From positions 448,001 to 512,000 of the forward strand of contig CAXXDQ010000004.1 in assembly GCA_963664325.2 (NCBI GenBank): a stretch of DNA of 64,000 bases, in the 5' to 3' direction. Of the stretch, positions 1-10,080 are shown piece after piece. A program made the translations under genes and the position numbers. The DNA comes from Desulfomonilia bacterium (GTDB taxonomy: Bacteria; Desulfobacterota; Desulfomonilia; UBA1062). The notes under the pieces were generated by a model. The model was given only the letters and a program-made list of their open reading frames with translations, ran no database searches and had not been told where the DNA came from. Each line of letters starts with the position of its first letter. Position 1 is the stretch's first letter.

Positions 1-1741
1 ACCATCTTTCAAGGGACCTGGCCGACCATGCCATTTCCATGATCCGCGACCAGAAGGCCGGCAATCCATCGAAACCCTGGTTCATGTGGTTCTGCCCCGG
101 CGCTATGCACGCCCCACACCAGGCGCCGAAAGATTATATCGCCAAGTACAAAGGTAAGTTCGACGACGGCTATGATGCCTACCGCAAGTGGGTCCTGCCG
201 CGCATGATCGCCAAGGGCGTCATTCCCAGGGGCACCGAACTGACCCCATTTAATCCCTTGCCGCCTAATTACACGAACAAAGTGGATTATGTGCGTCCCT
301 GGGGCTCGCTCAAGCCTGAAGAAAAAAAGCTCTTCTGCCGCATGGCCGAGGTCTATGCCGCATATTCCGAGTACACGGATGCACAGGTCGGCCGCATCAT
401 CGAGTACCTGAAGGGCACGGGCCAGCTCGACAACACGCTCGTCATCTACTGCGCGGACAATGGGGCCTCGGGCGAGGGCACACCCAACGGTTCGGTCAAC
501 GAGAACAAGTTCTTCAATGGCTACCCGGACGAGCTGGCCGAGAATATGAAGCTTATCGACAAACTGGGTGGACCGGACACCTACGAGCACATCCCCACCG
601 GGTGGGCTGCCGCCTTTTCGACCCCGTTCAAGATGTTCAAGCGCTACTCCGAGTATGCTGGCGGCACCTGTGACCCGCTCGTCATTTCGTGGCCAAAAGG
701 CATCAAGGCGAAGGGTGAAGTGAGGAACCAGTACCACCACTCCGTTGATATTGTGCCGACAATCCTGGAAGTCTGCGGGCTAGAGATGCCGAAGATGTAT
801 AGAGGGGTCGAACAGTATCCGCTCTCCGGCGTTTCCATGCGCTACACCTTCAACGCCGCACCGGATGCGCCAACCCAGAAGCATCGCCAGTACTATGCCA
901 TGATGGGCACCCGCGCCCTTTGGGAGGACGGCTGGAAGGCGGTTTCGCTCCATGCCCCCATGGGCGGCAAGGGACATTATGATCAGGACCCCTGGGAACT
1001 CTACCATGTGGATGTGGACCGCGCCGAGTCGAAAGATCTGGCCAAGGAGTATCCCGAGAAGCTTCAGGCCCTCATAAAGGCATGGTTTGAGGAGGCGGAC
1101 AGGAACAATGTGCTTCCCCTCGATGACCGCCCGGCCTTGGAACTGAGCCTGGTTCCTCGTCCCACGGAAGAGGCCCCGCGTGAGCGCTATATCTATTATC
1201 CTGGCACCGCGCCGGTCCCGGAGTCCTCCGCGGCCGACGTCATCGGCGCTCCTACAAGATCCTGGCCGATGTGGTGATTACCGACCCGAACTGCGGCGGC
1301 GTCATCTTCGCCCACGGTTCGCGCTTCGGAGGCCATGCCCTGTTCATCAAGAACCAGAGGCTGCATTACGTGTACAACTTCCTGGGCATAAAGCCGGAGC
1401 AGGAATTCGTCTCACCCATGCTCAAGCCCGGCAAATACACTTTGGGCATGGAGTTCATCAGGGAGAAGACTGGCCCCCACCAGGAAACCCTGGGCACGGC
1501 AAAGCTCTATGTCAACGACAAGGTCGTGGCGCAGGGCCCGATGAAAACCCAGCCCGGCAAATTCACGCTCTCGGGAGACGGCCTTTGCGTGGGATACGAC
1601 AGCGGCGATGCAGTGAGCAGACAATACAAATCTCCGGGTAAATTCCGCGGCGGCAGAATCATTGGCGTCGGCGTCACCATTGAAAAAACCGGGTATCTCA
1701 ATCTCGAAATGGAGGCTCAGAGGGCATTGAGCAGGGATTAG
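1..1741 (+). pseudogene. arylsulfatase (AtsA-like), 5' partial, split by an apparent 1-nt deletion near 1247 (pseudogene or sequencing error)
   Basis: Frame is open from the window edge (HLSRDLADHAISMI). Sulfatase motifs GAMHAPHQAP, ADNGAS.EG, PF..FKR, W.LY..DRAE. ORF 39-1277 drifts into a short non-homologous tail while the other frame reads RSYKILADVVIT and continues as ORF 1271-1741 (typical C-terminal domain GGVIFAHGSRFGG). Confidence 0.85.
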
Positions 1742-1799
1742 ACGGTGCCGCAAGGCATTGCTATTGTGTAAGGACAGGGTGTAAAAAGCAGTTTAACTC

Positions 1800-1829
1800 A
1801 TGGACCGCCGCTTAGCCACGGCGGTCCAT
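1800..1829 (+). terminator. GC-rich hairpin after the sulfatase (possible terminator or attenuator)
   Basis: ATGGACCGCCG-8 nt-CGGCGGTCCAT, perfect 11-bp stem, weak U-tract. Confidence 0.5.
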
Positions 1830-1914
1830 TCATCAATGACGTAAGATGCACTTCCCGCGCGATAGCCAGAAGATATTTTTGTTTGAGGTTGATATATGAC
1901 AGAAAGGAATTAGT

Positions 1915-3189
1915 ATGAGTGCTGGTCAGGACATGAACAATTCCATCCCCCAGGGGCTTCACATCGTGGCCAAGCCCGTAGGCCCAGCATGCAATCTCAA
2001 CTGCGAGTACTGCTTCTATCTTGAAAAAAAAGCGCTGTTCCCGCAGGGTGAAAACTTCAGGATGCCGGGGAAAATCCTTTCATCTTTCATAAAATCATAT
2101 ATAGTGTCCCAGCCGACGCCTGTGGTTGAATTCGTCTGGCAGGGGGGCGAGCCCACGCTTCTCGGGATCGATTTTTTCAAGCAGGTCGTTGCAGAGCAGA
2201 AACCCCACAGGAAAAATAAGACCATTCGAAATTCGCTTCAGACCAACGGAACGCTCCTTACTGACGAATGGTGCAGGTTCCTGAAGAATAACGATTTTAT
2301 AGTTGGCGTAAGTCTGGACGGACCGGAAGAAATACATGACAGATACAGGCGGGACCGGAAAGGCAATGGCACGTTTGAAAGGGTTATGCACGGCCTGAGG
2401 CTTCTCAAGAAACATGGCGTTGAACATAACGTGCTTGCCTGCGTCACACGGGATACCGCGTTAAGGCCGCTCGAGGTCTACAGGTTCTTCAGGGACGAGG
2501 GAATCAAATTCCTACAATTCTCTCCGGTGGTCGAATGCCTGCCTGACGACGAGAGCAGAAGGATGGGCTTAAGCCTTGCGTTTCCGCATATGGGAGGCGT
2601 CAGACAGCAGGCGGAGATCGCGCCTTTTTCCGTTGATCCTGTGGGTTATGCCGATTTCCTGATAGCGATTTACGAGGAATGGATAAGGCACGACGTGGGA
2701 GAGATGTTCGTGATGAACTTCGAATGGGCGCTCAATGCATGGCTGGGAAACCCATCGCCCGTCTGCGTTCATGCAGAGCAGTGCGGCCGATCGCTGGTGA
2801 TAGAGCATAACGGAGACGTCTATGCATGTGACCACTGCGTCTACCCTCAGTTCAGGCTGGGCAACATCCTTTCCGGGAGCCTTCCGGACATGGTAAACAA
2901 ATCCTTTAATTCCGGCTTCGGCATTACAAAAGAAAGAGACCTGCCAAGACAGTGCAGGGAATGTGGTGTCCTCAGAGCATGCAGGGGGGGATGCCCGAAA
3001 CACCGCTTTTCGCATGCAGGTGATGACGGTTTAAGGGTCAATTACCTGTGCGAGGGCTATAAAAAGTTTTTCAGCTACATTGCAAAATATTTAAAGGTAA
3101 TGGCGACACTCCTTGAAAACGGCCTCCCCGCCTCTATGGTGATGGAAGCCATCAAAGGCCCGCTCGTTGTTAAACTTGACGGAAAATAG
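1915..3189 (+). CDS. anaerobic sulfatase-maturating enzyme (radical SAM/SPASM, AslB/ChuR family)
   Basis: CNLNCEYC radical-SAM motif, WQGGEPTL, QTNGTLL, SPASM cysteines (C..AEQC, YACDH, CRECGVLRACRGGCPKHR, YLCEGYK); adjacent to a sulfatase. Confidence 0.95.
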   Translation: MSAGQDMNNSIPQGLHIVAKPVGPACNLNCEYCFYLEKKALFPQGENFRMPGKILSSFIKSYIVSQPTPVVEFVWQGGEPTLLGIDFFKQVVAEQKPHRKNKTIRNSLQTNGTLLTDEWCRFLKNNDFIVGVSLDGPEEIHDRYRRDRKGNGTFERVMHGLRLLKKHGVEHNVLACVTRDTALRPLEVYRFFRDEGIKFLQFSPVVECLPDDESRRMGLSLAFPHMGGVRQQAEIAPFSVDPVGYADFLIAIYEEWIRHDVGEMFVMNFEWALNAWLGNPSPVCVHAEQCGRSLVIEHNGDVYACDHCVYPQFRLGNILSGSLPDMVNKSFNSGFGITKERDLPRQCRECGVLRACRGGCPKHRFSHAGDDGLRVNYLCEGYKKFFSYIAKYLKVMATLLENGLPASMVMEAIKGPLVVKLDGK

Positions 3190-3304
3190 TTTTAGGCACC
3201 TCCCCCACACCTTCTGACGAAACTATGCGATTGCGCTAATCTTGAGTCTATAATAAAAGACATTTGTTTATTTAATAAAAGAAAAATCAATTCTAGGAGG
3301 CAGT

Positions 3305-4453
3305 ATGCAGTTTTCACTTAGCGATGAGCACAAGATGGTCCAGGACATGGCGAGGAAGTTCGTTGACAAAGAACTCAAACCTATAGCCGCTCAGCTCGAC
3401 AAGGACCACAGACATTCGGATGCTGTTATAGCACAAATGGCCGAGATGGGCTTCATGGGTGTTGCCGCACCTTGCGAATATGGAGGGGCCGGCATGGATT
3501 ATCTTGCTTATGCGCTGATACTGATAGAAATATCACGCGGATGCGCCAGCACAGGCGTCATCATGTCGGTTAACAATTCCCTATACGGCTTCCCGGTAAA
3601 GACCTTCGGCTCGGAAGAACAGAAGATTAAATTCCTGACGCCGGTTGCATCCGGAGTAAGCCACGGCTGCTATGGCCTTACCGAGGCGAATGCAGGCTCC
3701 GACGCAGCCGGTATGAAGTCTACGGCCGTTCTTGACGGCGATTGCTGGATTTTAAACGGCGAAAAGAAATTCATAACGAACGGCAATATCGCAAAATATG
3801 CAGTCGTGGCCGCGATCACGGACAGGGAGAAGGGTTCGAAGGGCATCAGCCAGTTCGTCATCGACCTTGAAAATACGCCGGGTTTCTCGGTCGGTAAGGT
3901 GGAGGAAAAAATAGGTATCCGTGCGTCAGGCACGTCGGAGCTGGTATTCGTTGATGCAAAAATTCCGAAGGACGCAATAATGGGAGAGCGCGGACATGGC
4001 CTCAAGCAGATGCTCATGACGCTCAACTCCGGCAGGATAGGAATTGCTTCACAGGCCTGCGGAATCGCAAAAGCCTGCCTGGAAGAGGCGGTAGAATATT
4101 CAAAGGAAAGGGTCCAGTTCGGCAAACCCATTTCCGAACTGCAGGCGCTGCAGTTCAAGATGGCGGATATGGCGATGAGAATCGAAGCCTCGGAACTGCT
4201 CATAATGAAAGCGGCATGGCTTGAGAGCAACGACATGCCTTTCGAAAAGGAAGCCGCAATGGCTAAATGCTACGCAGGAGACACTGCAATGGATGCGGCG
4301 ATCGAAGGCGTGCAGATACTTGGCGGCTACGGCTACACATGCGAATACCCGATGGAGCGCCATATGCGCGACGCCAAGATCACGCAGATATACGAGGGCA
4401 CGAACGAAATCATGAGGGTGGTCATTGCCAGGAACCTTCTCGGCAAGCGCTGA
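3305..4453 (+). CDS. acyl-CoA dehydrogenase (butyryl-CoA dehydrogenase-like)
   Basis: LTE..AGSD, GEK.FITN, R.QFGKPI, QILGGYGY, IYEGTNEI motifs; AGGAGG RBS. Confidence 0.95.
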   Translation: MQFSLSDEHKMVQDMARKFVDKELKPIAAQLDKDHRHSDAVIAQMAEMGFMGVAAPCEYGGAGMDYLAYALILIEISRGCASTGVIMSVNNSLYGFPVKTFGSEEQKIKFLTPVASGVSHGCYGLTEANAGSDAAGMKSTAVLDGDCWILNGEKKFITNGNIAKYAVVAAITDREKGSKGISQFVIDLENTPGFSVGKVEEKIGIRASGTSELVFVDAKIPKDAIMGERGHGLKQMLMTLNSGRIGIASQACGIAKACLEEAVEYSKERVQFGKPISELQALQFKMADMAMRIEASELLIMKAAWLESNDMPFEKEAAMAKCYAGDTAMDAAIEGVQILGGYGYTCEYPMERHMRDAKITQIYEGTNEIMRVVIARNLLGKR

Positions 4454-4486
4454 TCTGAAAAATTTAAATAAACCCTTAGACAGAAC

Positions 4487-4518
4487 AAAGGCCGCAGGCA
4501 AATAACCTGCGGCCTTTT
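4487..4518. terminator. bidirectional rho-independent terminator
   Basis: AAAGGCCGCAGG-7 nt-CCTGCGGCCTTTT between convergent genes. Confidence 0.8.
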
Positions 4519-4530
4519 ATATTTGATGAT

Positions 4531-4935
4531 TTAATGATTATTTTTTAAACGGAATTTTATGGCCAGCCAGAGGCCGAAGAGCACGGTCCAGATGTTAATT
4601 GAGGCGTTCAGCGTTGTATCCATGGCTGAGATCTTGTACATGCCGTTCTGGTAATTGAAGCTGAAATCGAGCACTCCCAGGAACATCAGCGCCCCGCCGC
4701 AGGCAAGAGAGAGGGTCCTGCCTGCGGGATGGCCCTTGTAAAGCAGCCGGGCCGCGGCCAGAAGCCCTGCTGACAGAATTGCATCGGGCAGGGGAAAGGA
4801 ACGCTCATATTCGAAATATCCGGGCGGGGGAGTTTTCGGAGCCACACCGACAGTGAAAAAGCCGACCCAGAACAGGATCGTACCCAAAGCGGTAAGCGTT
4901 TCCAGGACAATGATGAGTTTGATATTGTTCAGCAT
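4531..4935 (-). CDS. hypothetical membrane protein (about 4 TM)
   Basis: 134-aa hydrophobic ORF with AAGGAG RBS; YFEYERSFPLPD loop. Confidence 0.75.
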   Translation of the reverse strand: MLNNIKLIIVLETLTALGTILFWVGFFTVGVAPKTPPPGYFEYERSFPLPDAILSAGLLAAARLLYKGHPAGRTLSLACGGALMFLGVLDFSFNYQNGMYKISAMDTTLNASINIWTVLFGLWLAIKFRLKNNH

Positions 4936-4994
4936 GGCAGGTCTCCTTATTTTATTTTTCTGTTGCCTTCCTTCCGCATCATGGGGACGGTCTC

Positions 4995-6482
4995 TTAATT
5001 TTCCCTTACTTTGAACGACTCCCCGTATTTCTTCCTGTAGTATTCAAGCCGGTCTTCGATGTTCTGAGCAGATGATATTTTTTCGTTTTTCACAGGCGGT
5101 TCATTTTTCAGGTTTTTTGCAGGCTGTTTCCTGCTGGGCGCTTCTCTGCCTTTCGTCTTTTCAGGCGGAGATGCTTTTCGGCTTTCCCTGTTCGCAGGTC
5201 TCCGGCCTTCCCTTTTTGCCGGCCTTTGAGGCCTTTGTCCCGGTCTTGCATTTCTATACCTGTTTGAACGGGCGGGCAGGATATAATCCTTTACGATCAG
5301 GTCGTCATCCGGCCAGATAACCGGGATTTTCATGCCGATAAGTTCTTCAATGGCCTCAAGGCTCTGGACGAACCGGTCGCAGGCGATTGCTATGGCCTTT
5401 CCCTCTTTGCCGACTCTAGCCGTGCGGCCTATCCTGTGGACGTAATCCTCGGGGTCTTCGGGAAGGTCATAGTTGATGACAAGAGGCAGGTCTTCCACAT
5501 GCAGGCCCCGCGAGGCCACATTTGTAGCCACGAGCAGTTTGATATGGCCCTTTTTAAGGCCTTCTATGAGCCTCAAGCGCTTTTTCTGGGGCAGGTCGCC
5601 GATGATATACTCGCTCGGGAAACCGTTTTCTTCCATCCTTTCTGTCACCCTGACAGCCTCGTCCTTTGTGTTTGTAAAAATCAGCGCCGCTGTTGGATTC
5701 TCCTTTTTCAGGATTCCCAGAAGCAGCCCGAACTTGTCTTCGGCGGTGACGTGATACAGCACCTGGCTTACCGAATCGACCGTCACCGTCTCGGGTGACA
5801 TCTCGATCTCTACGGTCTCATTCATGTGTTCCCATGAGAGCTCTCTTGCGCGGTAACCGAGAGTCGCGCTGAAAAGCATGGTCTGGCGCTTGCTGGCAGG
5901 CGGAAGCTTTTTCAGTATTTTCCTTATATCCGGCAGAAACCCCATGTCGAAGAGCCGGTCCGCCTCGTCTATTACGCATATCGCATACTGCTTTAAGTCT
6001 ATTTTCCTCTGGTTTACGAAATCAAGCAACCGCCCCGGCGTGGCCACGATGATCTGGGCGCCCTCACTGATGGCCTTTTCCTGCGGGTCATAGCTGCTTC
6101 CGCCGTAAACAATGCAGGTTTTTATACCGGTGTGCCTTCCCAGGATGTCCGCTTCCCTGCCTATCTGGACGGCAAGCTCACGGGTAGGTGAAATGATCAA
6201 TGCCTTTTTCCCTTTCAGGGAGGCTTCGGTCAGGAGCTTTTGATAGATGGTAACGAGAAATACCGCTGTTTTGCCGCTGCCGGTCTGGGACTGAACGCAT
6301 ACATCCCTGCCATTGAGGGAGTCATTAAGTGCGGCCTCCTGAACGGGCAGGCATTCGGTATATCCTGCTTCTGTTATGCCTTCAAGCAGCCTGGGATGCA
6401 GATTGAAATCTTCAAACTTCATATCCGGCACCGGGGTCTTATGTAATTCATCGTTAGCGGATAATTTTTCATAAGCCCGCAT
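4995..6482 (-). CDS. DEAD-box ATP-dependent RNA helicase (RhlB/RhlE-like)
   Basis: Q motif, QTGSGKT, PTRELA, TPGRL, DEAD, SAT, HRIGRTAR; basic C-terminal tail. Confidence 0.95.
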   Translation of the reverse strand: MRAYEKLSANDELHKTPVPDMKFEDFNLHPRLLEGITEAGYTECLPVQEAALNDSLNGRDVCVQSQTGSGKTAVFLVTIYQKLLTEASLKGKKALIISPTRELAVQIGREADILGRHTGIKTCIVYGGSSYDPQEKAISEGAQIIVATPGRLLDFVNQRKIDLKQYAICVIDEADRLFDMGFLPDIRKILKKLPPASKRQTMLFSATLGYRARELSWEHMNETVEIEMSPETVTVDSVSQVLYHVTAEDKFGLLLGILKKENPTAALIFTNTKDEAVRVTERMEENGFPSEYIIGDLPQKKRLRLIEGLKKGHIKLLVATNVASRGLHVEDLPLVINYDLPEDPEDYVHRIGRTARVGKEGKAIAIACDRFVQSLEAIEELIGMKIPVIWPDDDLIVKDYILPARSNRYRNARPGQRPQRPAKREGRRPANRESRKASPPEKTKGREAPSRKQPAKNLKNEPPVKNEKISSAQNIEDRLEYYRKKYGESFKVREN

Positions 6483-6644
6483 ATATCATTAAAGAGATAA
6501 TATTCATATGCCGAATCAAATATTGTTGAGTCTGCTGCCGGTTTCGGCAAAGTTTGACCGGGGAATTGTTTAACCTTGCATTGACGGTATAACGGTAAAA
6601 ATGATAGTTAGTGGCTCTCAAATCCTTATTTCCAAGGAGCGCAT

Positions 6645-7196
6645 ATGCTTGAAATCAGGTTTCACGGAAGGGGCGGGCAAGGCGCTGTAACATCGGCTGA
6701 ACTGATTGCAATCGCCGCTGTCGGAAAAGGCAAATTCGCCCAGGCCTTCCCGAGTTTCGGTCCGGAACGCAGAGGTGCCCCGGTTGTTGCATTCAGCAGG
6801 GTCGACGACAAAAAGATACTAATCAGGGCCAAGATATACGAACCCGATGTAGTAGTAGTGCTGGACCCGGGACTTATAACGCTGGTCAATCCGCTCGAGG
6901 GTCTGAAGAATAACGGCATCCTGATCGTGAACACGAGAAAATCACCCGATGAAATTCTTAGTGTTTGCTCGGCGTCCTGCAGGGTGGCCACGGTCAATGC
7001 GGATCTGATAGCAAAGGAAGAGCTTGGCAGGGTGATCGTCAATACGACGATGCTCGGCGCGGTCATAAAGGCGACCGGGTTCATGAAGATTGAAGATATA
7101 CGCGAAGCAATACTGGACCGCTTCGGGCCAAAGCTCGGCGAGAAGAACCTCAAAGCGCTTGAACGGGCGTACAACGAAGTCGTGATAAAGGAGTAG
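6645..7196 (+). CDS. porC: pyruvate/2-oxoacid:ferredoxin oxidoreductase gamma subunit
   Basis: EIRFHGRGGQG, FPSFGPERRGAPV, NTTMLGA. Confidence 0.95.
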   Translation: MLEIRFHGRGGQGAVTSAELIAIAAVGKGKFAQAFPSFGPERRGAPVVAFSRVDDKKILIRAKIYEPDVVVVLDPGLITLVNPLEGLKNNGILIVNTRKSPDEILSVCSASCRVATVNADLIAKEELGRVIVNTTMLGAVIKATGFMKIEDIREAILDRFGPKLGEKNLKALERAYNEVVIKE

Positions 7197-7199
7197 GCC

Positions 7200-7496
7200 A
7201 TGGCAAAACCGATGGATAAGATATCATGGCAGGAACTGGAAATCGGCGCGGCCGTATCCGAAGTGGGAAACGCCATGGATTACAAGACTGGCTCATGGCG
7301 ATCACTGAAGCCGGTCGTAAACGCTTCCCAGTGTATCAAATGCGGCATTTGCTGGATATTCTGCCCGGATACTTCGATAGTTAGAGCGGCCGACGGTCAC
7401 TTCCAGGCCGATCTTGAATACTGCAAGGGATGCGGCATATGCGCGCATGAATGCCCGGTCGGCTGCATAACAATGGTGAGCGAGGAGGAAGTCTAA
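7200..7496 (+). CDS. porD: pyruvate/2-oxoacid:ferredoxin oxidoreductase delta subunit (2x[4Fe-4S])
   Basis: KTGSWR, CIKCGICWIFCPD, YCKGCGICAHECP. Confidence 0.95.
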   Translation: MAKPMDKISWQELEIGAAVSEVGNAMDYKTGSWRSLKPVVNASQCIKCGICWIFCPDTSIVRAADGHFQADLEYCKGCGICAHECPVGCITMVSEEEV

Positions 7497-8678
7497 ATGG
7501 CCAAGGAAAGAAAAGGAATAGAAGTATCGCTGGCCATATCGGAAGCGGTCTGTCAGGCGGATGTTGATGTCGTCAGTGCATATCCGATAACGCCGCAGAC
7601 GCATATAGTCGAACACCTTTCCGAACTGGTGGCCGACGGCCATCTGGATGCCGAGTTCGTGCCGGTCGAAAGCGAGCATTCCGCGATGAGCGTTTGCGTG
7701 GGCTCCGCAGCTGTCGGCGCGCGATCGTTCACATCCACCAGCTCTCAGGGGCTGGCCCTGATGGCGGAAATATTCTACATCACGTCCAGCCTCAGGCTGC
7801 CGGTTGTCATGGCACTGGCCAATCGATCGCTGTCCGGGCCTCTTTCCATCTGGAACGACCATACAGACACCATGATGGTGCGCGACGCAGGCTGGATACA
7901 CGTGTTCGTCGAAAACGGCCAGGAGGCTTATGACCATATCTTCTGGGCTTTCAGGGTCGGCGAAGACAAAAATGTGATGCTGCCTGTCGCCGTCAACCTC
8001 GATGGCTTCATAATGACGCACATGATCGAACCCATCGATTTCGAGGACAACGAACTGATCAAAAAATATCTTCCGCCCCACAACATGATCCATGCGCTGC
8101 ATCCTGACAAGCCTTCGTCCATGGGCTGCTTCGCGATGCCGGAAATATATACCGAGACCCAGTTCGCAAGGGATCAGGCGCTGCTAAATTCCTACCCGGT
8201 CTGCCTTAAGGCGTGGGACGAATGGGCGGCCCTTACCGGAAGGAAATATCTTCCCGTAGAGACATACAGGGCCGACGATGCGGAATACTGCATAGTCACG
8301 ATGGGCTCTTTCGGCGAAACCGCGATGAACGCCATCGACGAGCTACGCGCCGAGGGCGAAAAAGTGGGCGGCATAAGGATAAGACTGTGGAGGCCGTTCC
8401 CGTTCGACGATTTCTTCAGGGCCGCGGCCGGAAAGAAATACCTTATAGTCCTGGACAGGGCCATAAGTTTCGGAGGCCCCGGAGGCCCGGTTGCACTGGA
8501 AGTCAGGAACGCGCTCTACAAGAAGACCAAGGCGCCCACGGTCGTGGACTATGTGGCGGGTCTTGCCGGCAGGGACGTTGCCGTATCCGACTTCAAGAAG
8601 ATCATCCTGGAGGGCAAGGCAAAGGCCGAAAAAGGCAAAACCAAGGGCTATACGCTGTATGGCCTCAGGTCGTCATAA
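7497..8678 (+). CDS. porA: pyruvate/2-oxoacid:ferredoxin oxidoreductase alpha subunit
   Basis: AYPITPQT, VESEHSAM, TSSQGL, NRSLSGPLSIWNDH, RLWRPFP. Confidence 0.95.
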   Translation: MAKERKGIEVSLAISEAVCQADVDVVSAYPITPQTHIVEHLSELVADGHLDAEFVPVESEHSAMSVCVGSAAVGARSFTSTSSQGLALMAEIFYITSSLRLPVVMALANRSLSGPLSIWNDHTDTMMVRDAGWIHVFVENGQEAYDHIFWAFRVGEDKNVMLPVAVNLDGFIMTHMIEPIDFEDNELIKKYLPPHNMIHALHPDKPSSMGCFAMPEIYTETQFARDQALLNSYPVCLKAWDEWAALTGRKYLPVETYRADDAEYCIVTMGSFGETAMNAIDELRAEGEKVGGIRIRLWRPFPFDDFFRAAAGKKYLIVLDRAISFGGPGGPVALEVRNALYKKTKAPTVVDYVAGLAGRDVAVSDFKKIILEGKAKAEKGKTKGYTLYGLRSS

Positions 8679-8689
8679 GGAGAAATGTT

Positions 8690-9616
8690 ATGGAAAAGTT
8701 CTCGGTATTCTCTTCGAGACTGGTTGAAAAAGCGGAATTCTTCACATCCGGCCACCGCGCCTGCCAGGGATGCGCCGAGGCGCTGGCGGTCAGGCATGTT
8801 TTGAAGGCGCTCGGCCGCGACACCATCGTCGCCATGTCGACCGGGTGCATGGAAATCATCTCATCTCCTCTGCCCACGACGGCCTGGAAGGTCCCCTGGA
8901 TACACGTCGCATTCGAAAACAGTTCCGCTGTCGCAAGCGGCTGCGAATCCGGGATGAAGGCCATGATGAGAAAGGGCAAGATCCCGAAGAAGAAGATAAA
9001 CTTCGTAGGCATGGGCGGCGACGGCGCAACGGCCGACATCGGAATGGGCCAGCTTTCAGGGGCTCTCGAGCGCGGCCACGACATGATCTATGTCTGCTAC
9101 GACAACGAGGCCTACATGAACACGGGCATTCAGCGCTCCTCCGAGACGCCTTGGGGCGCGAGCACTACGACGAGCCCGGCCGGCAAGAAGTCCATAGGCC
9201 AGCATACGCAGAAGAAGGACATGCCCAAGATCGCGGTAGCACACCATATACCGTACGTAGCGACCGCCTGCTCCAGCTTCCCGTTCGATCTCATGGAAAA
9301 GGTGAAAAGGGCCTCCGAGATAGAGGGACCGGCCTATGTTCACGTGATGAGCATATGCCCGACGGGCTGGCGCATACCCACGGAAGAGGCCATAAAATAC
9401 GGCAGGCTCATCGTCGATTCCTGCGTGTTCCCCCTCTACGAGGTGGTTAACGGCAAGTACTCCATGACCTACGAGCCCGAGAAGATCATCCCTGTCGCGG
9501 AATACATAAAGGGCCAGGGCCGGTTCAGGCATCTGACCCCGCAGATGATCGAGGAGATACAGGAGCACACGACGAAGGAATACGAGAAGATCCTTAGAAT
9601 GTGTGAAGAGGAATAG
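8690..9616 (+). CDS. porB: pyruvate/2-oxoacid:ferredoxin oxidoreductase beta subunit (TPP-binding)
   Basis: GHRACQGC, TGCME, GGDG...DNEAYMNTGIQRS TPP motif, CPTGW; start moved to ATG 8690 after TAAGGAG RBS. Confidence 0.95.
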   Translation: MEKFSVFSSRLVEKAEFFTSGHRACQGCAEALAVRHVLKALGRDTIVAMSTGCMEIISSPLPTTAWKVPWIHVAFENSSAVASGCESGMKAMMRKGKIPKKKINFVGMGGDGATADIGMGQLSGALERGHDMIYVCYDNEAYMNTGIQRSSETPWGASTTTSPAGKKSIGQHTQKKDMPKIAVAHHIPYVATACSSFPFDLMEKVKRASEIEGPAYVHVMSICPTGWRIPTEEAIKYGRLIVDSCVFPLYEVVNGKYSMTYEPEKIIPVAEYIKGQGRFRHLTPQMIEEIQEHTTKEYEKILRMCEEE

Positions 9617-9618
9617 CC

Positions 9619-10074
9619 ATGATTGATATGAATAAAGTTGACGAGATCATAAACAGGTATGAGAAGTCCGAGGAGGCGCTTCTGGCCATTCTTCAGGATT
9701 TCCAGAGGGAATTCTTCTACGTACCGGAAGAGGGCATGAAACGCTTGAGCGAGGTCATGGGCGTGCCGGAGAGCAAGATATATGCGATGGGCACGTTCTA
9801 CAAGGCGCTCTCGCTCTCTCCCAGGGGCAGGCATACTATCAAGGTCTGCACCGGGACGGCATGCCACCTGAAGGGCGCGCCGCAGATCATAGAGACTCTC
9901 GAACGCGAACTCAAGATCAAGCGCGAAAACACCACGGAAGACGGCAGGTTCACGCTTGAATGCGTGAACTGCGTGGGTGCATGCGCGATGGCTCCGGTTA
10001 CCGTGGTCGACGAAGACTACTACGGACAGACAAGGGCGTCGAAAGTCGGCGATGTCCTGAAGAAATACGAGTAA
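9619..10074 (+). CDS. NuoE/HydC-like [2Fe-2S] subunit of a soluble NADH oxidoreductase module
   Basis: VCTGTACHLKG and CVNCVGAC thioredoxin-like 2Fe-2S motifs. Confidence 0.92.
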   Translation: MIDMNKVDEIINRYEKSEEALLAILQDFQREFFYVPEEGMKRLSEVMGVPESKIYAMGTFYKALSLSPRGRHTIKVCTGTACHLKGAPQIIETLERELKIKRENTTEDGRFTLECVNCVGACAMAPVTVVDEDYYGQTRASKVGDVLKKYE

Positions 10075-10080
10075 GAGGGG

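Noticed and set aside
8213-8689. 159-aa N-terminal extension of the porB ORF in the track
   Set aside because: Overlaps porA out of frame; the real start is ATG 8690 with a TAAGGAG RBS
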